Origin: Treponema sp.
Lineage (GTDB): Bacteria; Spirochaetota; Spirochaetia; Treponematales; Breznakiellaceae
DNA: 46,321 nucleotides
Reading direction: 5' to 3'
Assembly: GCA_003245635.1 (NCBI GenBank)
Contig: QKCO01000016.1
Coordinates: 1-46,321, forward strand
The notes beneath the pieces were generated by a model that worked only from the letters and a program-made list of their open reading frames with translations, made no database searches and was not told the DNA's origin. This document shows, in pieces, positions 1 to 8,557 of this stretch. A program made the translations under genes and the position numbers. Numbering within the stretch: position 1 is the first letter of the stretch; every line of letters starts with the position of its first letter.

Positions 1-78
1 TCAAGTTTCGATCCGCCCGAGAACGTCGTCAAGACGCTTATGACGCGCTTGCGGCGTTGACGAAAAGTCATTGCTGTT

Positions 79-107
79 TTGACAAATGACCGGCCCTGCG
101 CTAATAA
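79..107 (+). promoter_or_regulatory. sigma70-like promoter (TTGACA-17 nt-TAATAA) upstream of the yegP-like gene
   Basis: TTGACA at 79-84, a 17-nt spacer, then TAATAA at 102-107. The GGAGGA RBS at 131-136 and ATG at 140 follow. Confidence 0.35.
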
Positions 108-139
108 TTCAACAGCGAACTCATTCTACGGAGGACATT

Positions 140-322
140 ATGGCTGCAAAATTCGAGGTGTATCAGGACAAAGCAAAGAAGTTCCGCTTCAGGCTCAAAG
201 CCGGCAACGGACAGGTGATAGCGGTAGGCGAAGCCTACGAATCCAAGGCCTCCTGCTTGAACGGCATCGAGTCGATCAAGAAGAACGCCGCGGACGCCTC
301 AGTCGTCGACGTCGAGGAATAG
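140..322 (+). CDS. YegP/UPF0339 (DUF1508) family small protein
   Basis: ATG at 140 preceded by GGAGGA. The translation MAAKFEVYQDKAKKFRFRLKAGNGQVIAVGEAYESKASCLNGIESIKKNAADASVVDVEE has the single-repeat DUF1508 pattern (FRFRLKAGNGQVIA...Y.SK). Confidence 0.65.
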   Translation: MAAKFEVYQDKAKKFRFRLKAGNGQVIAVGEAYESKASCLNGIESIKKNAADASVVDVEE

Positions 323-326
323 CTTT

Positions 327-383
327 TACAAGGGGCTGTCCAAAAAGTTCGTAACACTTGTTTGGACAGCTTCCTTCTTGCGG
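327..383. repeat. ~57-bp intergenic palindromic element, copy 1
   Basis: The core GCTGTCCAAAAAGTTCGTAACACTTGTTTGGACAGC (335-370) is a 10-bp-arm inverted repeat, followed by TTCCTTCTTGC. It lies between the convergent ends of the yegP-like and 2-hydroxyacid dehydrogenase genes and is highly similar to the copy at 3345-3401. Confidence 0.5.
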
Positions 384-405
384 GTCAGCCTTTTTCGGAA
401 AACGG

Positions 406-1365
406 TCAGAGCTTCGGTTTGTTGACCGGCCAGCTCGGCGCCTTCCCCGAAAGCACTTCATCGATGCACCTTGCCGCATGCAGCGCCATGCGCAGGGTCG
501 CTTCTGCGGTCAAAGCCGCCGTATGCGGCGACAGGATCACGTTCTGCAAGCTCAACAGCGGATTGTCGGATCGAGGCGGCTCCGGGTCCAGCACATCCAG
601 GCCGGCCCCGGCTATGCGCCCCGACTTCAGGAACTCGTATATGTCCTCCTCGTTCACCACTTCGCCGCGCGCCGCGTTTACGAGATACGCGCTCGGCTTC
701 ATCAAGCCCAGCAGCTTCCTGTCGACGATCTTCTTCGTTTCCGCCAGGGCAGGCAGATGCAGGCTTATGAAATCCGCATTCTTGAACACGTATTCGATAT
801 CGGTCACGATTTCGGCATCGGGTACATCGCGGACGCTCTTGACGAAGGGGTCGTAGGCCAGGATTTTCATGTCCAAGCCGAAACGCGCTTTCCGGGCGAC
901 TAGGGAGCCGATGCGCCCCGCCCCCACGATGCCCAGCGTCTTGCCTTCCAGGTCGCAGCGTTTCGCCCGATTGCGGTACTCCCAGTCGCCGGCCCTCGCC
1001 GCCGCATCGCAGCGGACGGAATCCCGCGCAAGCGCGATCAGCATGCCGACGGCGTACTCGGCCACCGAGCCGGAGTTCGATTCCGGCGCGTTGGTGACCC
1101 ATATGCCGCGCTCGGCGGCGGCTGCGCAGTCGATATTGTCCACGCCGACGCCGTGCCGCGCTATCACCTTCAGCTTTTTGCCTGCTTCGATCACTTCCTT
1201 CGGGAAGGGCGCCGTCCGCGCCAGGATCGCGTCGCAATCGACGACGTCGGCTTTGATCGCTTCGATCGAGGCGCCGCTTCCCATTCTGATCTCGTATCCG
1301 CGATCGGTTAGATACTTCTTTCCCTCCGCCGCGATATCCTGCGGAATAAGAACGGTGAAACCCAT
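406..1365 (-). CDS. D-isomer-specific 2-hydroxyacid dehydrogenase (glyoxylate/hydroxypyruvate reductase / PGDH-like)
   Basis: The likely start is ATG at 1365 (MGFTVLIP), preceded by AGGGGG. It has the NAD-binding motif GIVGAGRIGS and the catalytic region typical of the D-2-HADH family (LHLP...NAARG...D...SPH). Confidence 0.85.
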   Translation of the reverse strand: MGFTVLIPQDIAAEGKKYLTDRGYEIRMGSGASIEAIKADVVDCDAILARTAPFPKEVIEAGKKLKVIARHGVGVDNIDCAAAAERGIWVTNAPESNSGSVAEYAVGMLIALARDSVRCDAAARAGDWEYRNRAKRCDLEGKTLGIVGAGRIGSLVARKARFGLDMKILAYDPFVKSVRDVPDAEIVTDIEYVFKNADFISLHLPALAETKKIVDRKLLGLMKPSAYLVNAARGEVVNEEDIYEFLKSGRIAGAGLDVLDPEPPRSDNPLLSLQNVILSPHTAALTAEATLRMALHAARCIDEVLSGKAPSWPVNKPKL

Positions 1366-1431
1366 ATTACCCCCTGAATCAAGCAGCGCTTTCGTCTTTG
1401 ACACCGGCGGGAGCATTGCGCTCCCGCTCGC

Positions 1432-2157
1432 CTACTTCGCGTTGCGCAAGGCGGCCATTTGGGTCCGCCATTCCTTCAGCGCCGCAAGATCCACTTCCTT
1501 GCCTTCGGCTATCGCTTTCCGGCAGCCGTCGAGAACCGGCATTTCGGCGGCGGCCGCTTTGCGGCAAGCGTCGCCCAGCTCGTGGGCGATCTCGTTCGGA
1601 ATCAGCACGACGCCGTGAACGTCCGCGGCCAGCAGATCTCCGGGCTTCACGGTCACGCCGGCGAAGGTCACCGGGCAGTCGTATTCCTCGATGTGGATAT
1701 ACCCGTGGGTGACCAGCAGGCACTTGGCGAAAAAGCCGAAGCCCAAGGGACCGACCTCATGGAGATCGCGCACGCCGCCGTTGGTGATCGTGCCCACCGC
1801 ACCCAGCGATTTATGCACGGTCGCGTTGACTTCGCCCCAGAAAGAGCCGACCGGTACCGGATCGATATCCTCGATGACGGCGATCGACGGACGCGGGGTC
1901 TTCTGCAGGACCCCGTAGTATTTCATCCAGTTTTCCAGATGCGCCGGGGTCGGCGGGTTGGCGGCCGACACTTTCGCCGTGCACGCGTACCCGATCATCG
2001 TCTTGCCGTACGGCAGAATGCACTTTATCTCCGGCGTCATGGCGCCTTCGATCCTCGAGCGAAGACCGAAACGCTCGATGGCGTTGGCGATGGTCGGTGT
2101 ATCGAATCCCCGCAGGCCTGCGACCTGGGCCGCCGTCAATTGCTTATTCGCTTCCAT
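1432..2157 (-). CDS. RraA-family protein (4-hydroxy-4-methyl-2-oxoglutarate / 4-carboxy-4-hydroxy-2-oxoadipate aldolase or oxaloacetate decarboxylase-like)
   Basis: 241 aa with AAGGAG upstream of the ATG at 2157. The RraA/MenG-like fold signature (GFDTPTIANA...GDLLAADVHGVVLIP) is present. Confidence 0.75.
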   Translation of the reverse strand: MEANKQLTAAQVAGLRGFDTPTIANAIERFGLRSRIEGAMTPEIKCILPYGKTMIGYACTAKVSAANPPTPAHLENWMKYYGVLQKTPRPSIAVIEDIDPVPVGSFWGEVNATVHKSLGAVGTITNGGVRDLHEVGPLGFGFFAKCLLVTHGYIHIEEYDCPVTFAGVTVKPGDLLAADVHGVVLIPNEIAHELGDACRKAAAAEMPVLDGCRKAIAEGKEVDLAALKEWRTQMAALRNAK

Positions 2158-2194
2158 CAGCGCGTTCTCCTTGTTCTATCCGTCAGTCTCATTT

Positions 2195-3316
2195 TTAAGA
2201 AGAATAGTTGCCCAGCTGCTTCCAGACCGAGGTGACCTCGGCGTAGCTGGCCATCGTCACTCCGGGCTCGAGAATATTGCCGCTCGTAAAGACGAAGCCG
2301 CCGCCGGGGGCCCCGTACGTCAAGGCGCGGGAGGCTTCTTCGCGGATTTCTTCCTTCGTTCCGGATATCAGCGTTTCCACGTTCATCCCGCCGAACAAGC
2401 ATAGTTTGCCGCCGTAACGTTCCTTCAGGAGCTTGATGTCCATTCCGATGCTCGGCTGAATTCCGTGCCAGCCGTCGATCCCCATCTCGACGAAGGAGTC
2501 GAGCACGTCCCACATCACGCCGTCTCCATGCTTGATGAAGTATTTGCCTTTCGCGTGCACGCTGTCGCAGATCCGCTTCAAATACGGCTGGATGAATTCC
2601 TTATAGCGGTCGACGCCCATGATGAGGCTCTTGCTGTCCGCGTAGTCCTCGGTCTCCATAACCGCGTCGCAGCCCGCATCGATGAAGGCATCAGCGTACG
2701 CGATGAACTTATTGCATTCGATATCCGCGATCTTATGGACTTGTTCTGGCTCGATTATCATCCGGATAAGGAACTCTTCCATCCCGACGGTATTCAGATA
2801 GGGGAACGTTCCCCCCACCGGAGGCTTGCCGATGATGAAGTGCGTCTTGCCCAGCTTTTTTACGATCGCCTCCGCGATCTCCATTTCGCAGTCTTCGATA
2901 TGAGCGACCGGGTCCGCGAAGATCTTTTCGACTTCCGCGTCGGGGTCCGTCACCACGGGGCAAACGACATTTCCCGCTTCCGGGTTGAATTCGAACTTTT
3001 TCTTTCCGTCGGTGAAAGCATGGTCGGCGACGCGCTTATACGCGGAATAATCCTTTTTCTTGGGCGCCGCCGGGACCCGAACATAATCCCACCCCATCTT
3101 CTCCGTGAGGGCGACGATCGAATCTATGTAGTCCGCAACCACCTTGTCCCGGTTGCCGGACCATAAGCTGTCGAGCTCTTCCCATCCGTGGTAGCAGAGC
3201 GAACTGTGCCCCATCACCTCTTGGAAAAAGGTATAGTCGAAGGCATTCTCGCCCCGAGGCACGCGATCGGCCTCCCGATGGCCGAGAGCGGCGATCATTC
3301 GTTCTTTTGAAGTCAT
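2195..3316 (-). CDS. uroporphyrinogen decarboxylase (URO-D) family protein (MtaA/CmuA-like)
   Basis: 373 aa. The N-terminus MTSKERMIAALGHREADRVP and the overall length and pattern are typical of URO-D-family decarboxylases/methyltransferases of anaerobes. Confidence 0.75.
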   Translation of the reverse strand: MTSKERMIAALGHREADRVPRGENAFDYTFFQEVMGHSSLCYHGWEELDSLWSGNRDKVVADYIDSIVALTEKMGWDYVRVPAAPKKKDYSAYKRVADHAFTDGKKKFEFNPEAGNVVCPVVTDPDAEVEKIFADPVAHIEDCEMEIAEAIVKKLGKTHFIIGKPPVGGTFPYLNTVGMEEFLIRMIIEPEQVHKIADIECNKFIAYADAFIDAGCDAVMETEDYADSKSLIMGVDRYKEFIQPYLKRICDSVHAKGKYFIKHGDGVMWDVLDSFVEMGIDGWHGIQPSIGMDIKLLKERYGGKLCLFGGMNVETLISGTKEEIREEASRALTYGAPGGGFVFTSGNILEPGVTMASYAEVTSVWKQLGNYSS

Positions 3317-3344
3317 ATTGTCGTCCTACCTGGATCTCCAGAAG

Positions 3345-3401
3345 ATAAGAGGCTGCCCGAACAGTTCGTAGAACTTGTTCGGACAGCTTCCTTATTGCTG
3401 C
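3345..3401. repeat. ~57-bp intergenic palindromic element, copy 2
   Basis: The core GCTGCCCGAACAGTTCGTAGAACTTGTTCGGACAGC (3352-3387) is followed by TTCCTTATTGC. It shares about 46 of 57 positions with copy 1. A compensatory A-to-G / T-to-C pair in the arms maintains the stem. It lies between the HIBADH-family stop and the URO-D-family start. Confidence 0.5.
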
Positions 3402-4312
3402 TAAGCGGAAGCTACGGCAGCCTTCTTTCTCACTTCGACACCCGCCACTTCCTCGAAAACCTTGATGATCGCCGAAGCGTCTTCCCGGCCGTAGCCCTTT
3501 CCGTTCGCCCAGAGGAATACCTCGCGGGATGCGGCGGAAGTATACAAGGGCACGTTGAGCTCCCTGCCGGTTTTCAGGCAGATATCGATATCCTTGATCT
3601 GAATATCCAGAGCGCCGCGGGTGCTGAAGTCGCCGTTCAGCAGCGCGTCGATCTTGTTCTCGAACATCCAGGAGCTTCCGGCGCTTTTCCTGATGATGTT
3701 CGCCATGATCTCCGGATCCGCACCCGCTTTGGTTCCGAGCACCAGAGCCTCCGCCATGGCGACCAGGTGCACCGTCACCATGAGCTGATTCGCGGCCTTG
3801 ACGACCGATCCGATGCCGATCTCGTCACCGACTTTCACCGCGTTGGAGCCGACGGCGAGAATAGCGTCCTTGCATTTCTGGAAGACCCGCTCCTCGCCGC
3901 CGACCATGATGACCAGCGTCCCGTTGGCGGCGCCGACAGAGCCGCCGCTGACCGGCGCGTCGAGCACCTCGACGCCCAAGGCGGAAGCGGCTTTCGCGAT
4001 CTGCTTGATCTCCGAAGGCGCGATCGTGCTGGTGACGATCAAGGTGCTCCCCGGCTTCATCCCGGACAGCACGCCGCCTGAGGCGACGGTGCTCGACTCG
4101 ACCTGGGCGAAATTCAGCACCATGACGAACACGATCTCAGAACGCTCTCCGACTTCCTTCAGGTTCGACGCGCCGAAAGCGCCCAGGCCGACCATTTCCT
4201 GAATAGGCTCCGGACGGATATCGAAAACGGTCAGTTCATACCCGGCCTTCAGCAGATTCTTCGCCATCGATTTGCCCATCGAACCTAAACCGATGATTCC
4301 TACCTTCTTCAT
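3401..4312 (-). CDS. NAD-binding beta-hydroxyacid dehydrogenase (3-hydroxyisobutyrate dehydrogenase / tartronate-semialdehyde reductase family)
   Basis: ATG at 4312 (MKKVGIIGLGSMG) with AGGAG 6 nt upstream. The Rossmann motif GLGxMG and the conserved catalytic lysine region (KAANQ) are present. Confidence 0.85.
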   Translation of the reverse strand: MKKVGIIGLGSMGKSMAKNLLKAGYELTVFDIRPEPIQEMVGLGAFGASNLKEVGERSEIVFVMVLNFAQVESSTVASGGVLSGMKPGSTLIVTSTIAPSEIKQIAKAASALGVEVLDAPVSGGSVGAANGTLVIMVGGEERVFQKCKDAILAVGSNAVKVGDEIGIGSVVKAANQLMVTVHLVAMAEALVLGTKAGADPEIMANIIRKSAGSSWMFENKIDALLNGDFSTRGALDIQIKDIDICLKTGRELNVPLYTSAASREVFLWANGKGYGREDASAIIKVFEEVAGVEVRKKAAVASA

Positions 4313-4321
4313 ATTCAACTC

Positions 4322-5206
4322 CTAGAGCGTATCGATGACAGCCTGGATCTCTGTATCGCTGAGCGTGATGTACTTGCCGCCGCGAACAGCCGTATTCTCG
4401 AACATTTCCAGAGTCCAGATATCGAACTCGGGTTCATTCTTGAAAATGAACGTTTCCTGGCTGGGCCGGATGGTCACGTTCGGGTTGTACTTCCAGGTGA
4501 TGTCGAACACTTCCTCCGGATGCGCGAGGGAATAGGTGATCTTTCCGCGGTACTCGTCGCCGACCTTGTACACGCAGGGAGTCGCGTTGCAGATCTTCCA
4601 TCCGATGCTTTCCATCTCGCGGCGGGCGAACATATCCAGCACCTTGGGATCGAAATTGATCTCGGTATTGCAGTGGATATGGGTAATGCCTTCCTTCTCG
4701 AAGTTCTCGACGTAGTAGGTCAGCCGCTTCCATTGCCGGGTGTTCTTGAACCAGTTCCGGATTTCTTCCTCTTCCTCGTATCCGACGCATTTGAAATCGA
4801 ACTGGCTGAACCACTTGTCCATGTACTTCTTGCCCCACCACAGGAGGTTCGTGCCGGCCTCGCCCCGGTTGTTGTCCATGGGCTGCAGGATCTTGTCGGC
4901 GCTGTATTCCCAGAACCAGTCGGTGAGCGGCATGAACCCCTTCCCCGCCGGATGGAGACCGTGCAGCGCGGCCCGGCCGGGCCCCGGTCCGACATGATCG
5001 ATGGCGCGGTCGAGGATCAGCCCGTTCGCCTTCATGCTGGCCTCGACGATCGGTTCCAGGCACTTGTACTCGACCTGGTTGTCCACGAAGGCGTGCACGT
5101 GGTAGACGGGTTCCTGCGGATTCTTCCACAGATCCATCGTGTCCTTCCAATGCTTGGATTTAAAATAATCGCTGACTTCCTGTACGATCTTGCTTCGCGT
5201 ATTCAT
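4322..5206 (-). CDS. hypothetical protein (294 aa, aromatic-rich, no recognisable family)
   Basis: ATG at 5206 with AGGAGG 6 nt upstream, and the gene is followed directly by the next gene's RBS. Its GC is lower than the neighbours, and the W/Y/F/K/E-rich sequence contrasts with typical proteins in this window. Reading-frame codon bias is clear. Confidence 0.6.
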   Translation of the reverse strand: MNTRSKIVQEVSDYFKSKHWKDTMDLWKNPQEPVYHVHAFVDNQVEYKCLEPIVEASMKANGLILDRAIDHVGPGPGRAALHGLHPAGKGFMPLTDWFWEYSADKILQPMDNNRGEAGTNLLWWGKKYMDKWFSQFDFKCVGYEEEEEIRNWFKNTRQWKRLTYYVENFEKEGITHIHCNTEINFDPKVLDMFARREMESIGWKICNATPCVYKVGDEYRGKITYSLAHPEEVFDITWKYNPNVTIRPSQETFIFKNEPEFDIWTLEMFENTAVRGGKYITLSDTEIQAVIDTL

Positions 5207-5216
5207 TGAATTCCTC

Positions 5217-5237
5217 CTGGTATACCTTGTATACGTT
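5217..5237. promoter_or_regulatory. candidate GntR-family operator (TGGTATACCTTGTATAC)
   Basis: Perfect 8-bp palindrome GGTATACC (5219-5226) followed by TTGTATAC. It sits just 5' of the RBS of the 294-aa gene. A near-identical motif occurs at 42945-42966. Confidence 0.4.
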
Positions 5238-5311
5238 CGTTCTACAGACTTGCTGCGTCTCTTTACCGTTTGCTGAAACGTGAGTGTTCGGCTATGCCGT
5301 TCTTAGTTCAT

Positions 5312-6826
5312 TCACTTTTTTGTTATTGCCTCCTTGATCTTCCCGACGATCATCCGAGGAATCCCGATCTGACTCAGGATCGTGTAGACAATCATGGCGA
5401 GAACGATCAGCGCGATCGGCCGCGTAACGAAAGGAGCGAAACTGCCGTCCGCGCCCTGCAGCGCCCGCCGGATATTGGTATCCGCCAGGGGCCCCAGAAT
5501 CACTCCGAGCACGATGGGCGCGGCGGGGTACTTCAGGCGATCGAAGGCATAGCCGAGAAGGCCGAACAGGAACATGACATAGAGATCGAAGATATTGATG
5601 TTGAGCGCGTAGCTTCCGATAATGGACAGCACAGCGACGATCGGCATCAGGATATACGGCTTGACCTTCAGAATATTCGGCGCGACATGGCAGATTGCCA
5701 GCGCGAATATCCGCATCACGAAAGCGGCCAGCAGCAGTATTCCTCCCATCTTGAAAATGAAGGTGGGGAACTCGAACGAGAGCATGGGGCCCGGCCGGAT
5801 GCCGTGCAGCCACAGCGCTCCCAGAAGGACCGCCGCCGGAGCGCTTCCGGGGATGGCGAGGCTGAGCAGTGGTATCAGCGCTCCGCCGATCGCGGCGTTG
5901 TTCGCCGTCTCGGCGGCGATGACGCCGTCGTAGGAACCGGTGCCGAATTTCTCAGGAGTCTTGCTGGCTTTCTTAGCCTGGTCGTAGGAGAGCCAGGCGG
6001 CGACATCCTCGCCGACGCCAGGGATCGCGCCGATGAAGGTTCCGATGGCGCCGGAACGCAGTATCGTCGGCGTGAACCGTCTGAGCATGGAGAACATGCT
6101 CATCTTCTCGGTCTTGCCGATTCCCGTCACTTTCGCCTCGCCCGGCTCAGCGGACAATTCGGCGATCACGTTCGGGATTCCGAACAAGCCGATCATGGCG
6201 GAGACGAACGCGACGCCTCCGAGCAAACCCATAATGTTGAATGTGTATCGGGGATACGAATAGATTCCTTCGAAGCCGATCGTCGAAATCGCGAGCCCCA
6301 GGAGGCCACCGATCCACCCCTTGATAACCTTCCCGGTCGCCGATAGGGAACCGCAGATCATGACGCCGAAAATAGCCAGCAATGCGAACTCTGCCGAAGT
6401 GAAGTTCAGCGCCAGCTTCTGCAGCAGCGGAGTGAAGCCCGCCAGGCAGATCATCCCGAACAGCGTTCCCAAGAAGGAAGCTATGAACGAAAGTTTGAGC
6501 GCCGTGCCGCCCTCGCCCTTGACGGCGAGCGGATGGCCGTCGAGGACCGTCGCCGCGGCGGAACCCGTCCCCGGTATTCCGATCAGAACCGACGATATCG
6601 AACCGCCCGATATGCCGCCGACATAGATGCCGAGAAGCACTATAAGCGCGACGTCGGTCGACATTCCATATGTGAGCCCCGCGAGCAGCGCGATGCCCAT
6701 GGTCGCGGTAAGCCCCGGCAACGCGCCCATGATCAGTCCGGCGACGGAGCTTACGGCCAGCAACAGAATATTCTGCACGGTGATCAAGTGCACTAATTCG
6801 GTGAAGAGACCAATTATCGAGTTCAT
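5312..6826 (-). CDS. tctA: tripartite tricarboxylate transporter permease TctA
   Basis: 504 aa, polytopic, with a glycine-rich TctA signature (GALPGLTATMGIALL, GIYVGGISGGSISSVLIGIPG). GAGAGGA RBS upstream. Confidence 0.9.
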   Translation of the reverse strand: MNSIIGLFTELVHLITVQNILLLAVSSVAGLIMGALPGLTATMGIALLAGLTYGMSTDVALIVLLGIYVGGISGGSISSVLIGIPGTGSAAATVLDGHPLAVKGEGGTALKLSFIASFLGTLFGMICLAGFTPLLQKLALNFTSAEFALLAIFGVMICGSLSATGKVIKGWIGGLLGLAISTIGFEGIYSYPRYTFNIMGLLGGVAFVSAMIGLFGIPNVIAELSAEPGEAKVTGIGKTEKMSMFSMLRRFTPTILRSGAIGTFIGAIPGVGEDVAAWLSYDQAKKASKTPEKFGTGSYDGVIAAETANNAAIGGALIPLLSLAIPGSAPAAVLLGALWLHGIRPGPMLSFEFPTFIFKMGGILLLAAFVMRIFALAICHVAPNILKVKPYILMPIVAVLSIIGSYALNINIFDLYVMFLFGLLGYAFDRLKYPAAPIVLGVILGPLADTNIRRALQGADGSFAPFVTRPIALIVLAMIVYTILSQIGIPRMIVGKIKEAITKK

Positions 6827-6842
6827 TCGTTTTCCTCTCTGC

Positions 6843-7388
6843 TTACGGCAGGGGTATCAGCGCATAATGCGAGAACCCGTAACTGACGATGAAGGAAGTC
6901 AGACCGCTGATGATCGTTATCTTCGCAAGCACTTTCCAGCTGAATTTCTCGTCTTTGAAAACCATCATGGTGATGAACAGGTAAAGGAAGGTAGAAATCT
7001 CGTATTGCACCCGCCCGATCATTACGTAGATATAGAGGACCAGAAGTCCCGTCGCGATCGACCATCTCCGGAAATGGGCCGTCTTAAAATAGGCAAGAGC
7101 TCTCTTGATATCCTCGCGATGGATTCCCTTCGATTCGGGAACGATCTGAATGAATAGGATCGCGAGGGCGATGAACATGCCGATGCTGATGATGATGGGG
7201 AAAACAGCCGGCGCCGTATACCATTTCTGCGGATCTCCGGTCACCGACTCTACCGGCATGCGCAGCGCGCCTATGAAGTAGAAGATGGTCGCGATCAGCA
7301 AGATCCCTCCGAAGATGAGATCTTTTTTCCGTAGGATTCTATTCTGTTCTTGTTCTTCGGTCTCGGAAATGTCTCTTTCGTCTGCCAT
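6843..7388 (-). CDS. tctB: tripartite tricarboxylate transporter small subunit TctB
   Basis: Small 4-TM membrane protein between tctC and tctA. Start chosen as ATG at 7388; the TTG at 7403 is also possible. Confidence 0.65.
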   Translation of the reverse strand: MADERDISETEEQEQNRILRKKDLIFGGILLIATIFYFIGALRMPVESVTGDPQKWYTAPAVFPIIISIGMFIALAILFIQIVPESKGIHREDIKRALAYFKTAHFRRWSIATGLLVLYIYVMIGRVQYEISTFLYLFITMMVFKDEKFSWKVLAKITIISGLTSFIVSYGFSHYALIPLP

Positions 7389-7440
7389 ACCGTCCACCTG
7401 CAAACCCGGCTCGGGATTTACGTCTTACCGTTCGTCGATC

Positions 7441-7470
7441 ACCGGAAAACGATTCTGATGCATGCCGCGC
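7441..7470 (-). promoter_or_regulatory. intercistronic stem-loops downstream of tctC
   Basis: CATGC-CGC-GCATG (7441-7453) overlaps ATGGGCGG-TTAG-CCGCCCAT (7451-7470; 8-bp perfect stem). No immediate U-tract follows on the minus-strand RNA. Confidence 0.35.
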
Positions 7471-7525
7471 ATGGGCGGTTAGCCGCCCATACACGGCAGT
7501 TCCAGATAAGCCAGCGCCCCTTGGC

Positions 7526-8557
7526 TTAAGGCTTCGCGATCCCGAAATCGCTGGGGGATTTCTTGGCCGCACCGAGGTCGTACAACGCCCAGGAATAAAC
7601 GGAATCCAGCTCCTTGGTTAGGTCGGCGGCTTCTTTTCCCTGGATACCGAGAAGATCGAACTTGGTATCGTTCGAAAGCTTTTTCATCAAATCCGATTTC
7701 ATCGCCACGGTGAACGCTTTCTGGTATGCATCCTTGATGTTCTGGGGCGTATCGCCGGGGATGCCGACGCCGACCCATACTTTTGGAGCAGGGAGCTTAT
7801 TGAAATCGGGATACAGTCCTGAAATCGCCGGAATCTCGCCGAATCCTTCCATCTTTACCGGCTCTTTCTCGATAACCGCGAGCGGCTTCAGTTTTCCGGC
7901 AAGAATGTACTCCCGCTGCTCCGCAAGTCCGGTGAGCGTGAAATCGACCTCGTGCGAGAGCGCCGCGACCATAGAAGGCTGGCTGCCTTCGTAGGGCATA
8001 TGATTGATTTCGAGTCCGGATACCTTCTCAAGCTGGGAAACTTTGAGATCCCATACGCTGCCGGCGGAGGAGCCGGAGGACTTGAGCTTTTTCGATTTGC
8101 CGGCGTTGATCAAATCCTGGATCGATTTATAGGGAGAATCTTCCGGAACGGACAAAACGCCGGGAGTCCCCATGGACATCAGGTAGTCCCATTTATCGTT
8201 GGTCACGTCGAAAGCGCCCACGACGTTGAGGGAATGCACGCCGGAAGAGCAGCCGAACAAAGTATAGCCGTCATGCTTCTGATTCCAAACATAATTCGCG
8301 GCAACGCCGCCCGCGCCGCCGGTCATGTTCACGACGGAAAAGGGAACGCCGAAATACTCTTCGAAAGCTTTTCCCAGGCCGCGCGCGGAAAGATCCGTGG
8401 CGCCGCCGGCTCCTGCAAATACGACGATGGATACCGGCCGAGCGGGCTTCCACTCTCCGGAGGACGCGCTGCTCGCTTCCTTTCTACCGTTGGCGAATGC
8501 CGTTGCCCCCAACAGCAAACAGAGCAGCAGAACCAGTGAATTTTTACCGAACTTCAT
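7526..8557 (-). CDS. tctC: tripartite tricarboxylate transporter substrate-binding protein TctC (Bug family)
   Basis: 343 aa with an N-terminal signal peptide and Bug/TctC family motifs (GGATDLSARGL...VNMTGGAGGV). AAGGAGG RBS upstream. Confidence 0.9.
   Translation of the reverse strand: MKFGKNSLVLLLCLLLGATAFANGRKEASSASSGEWKPARPVSIVVFAGAGGATDLSARGLGKAFEEYFGVPFSVVNMTGGAGGVAANYVWNQKHDGYTLFGCSSGVHSLNVVGAFDVTNDKWDYLMSMGTPGVLSVPEDSPYKSIQDLINAGKSKKLKSSGSSAGSVWDLKVSQLEKVSGLEINHMPYEGSQPSMVAALSHEVDFTLTGLAEQREYILAGKLKPLAVIEKEPVKMEGFGEIPAISGLYPDFNKLPAPKVWVGVGIPGDTPQNIKDAYQKAFTVAMKSDLMKKLSNDTKFDLLGIQGKEAADLTKELDSVYSWALYDLGAAKKSPSDFGIAKP

Noticed and set aside
5270-6346. 358-aa plus-strand ORF overlapping tctA
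   Set aside because: Antisense to the tctA gene, whose translation has a clear polytopic permease signature. The alternative-frame product is Arg/Asp-rich nonsense.
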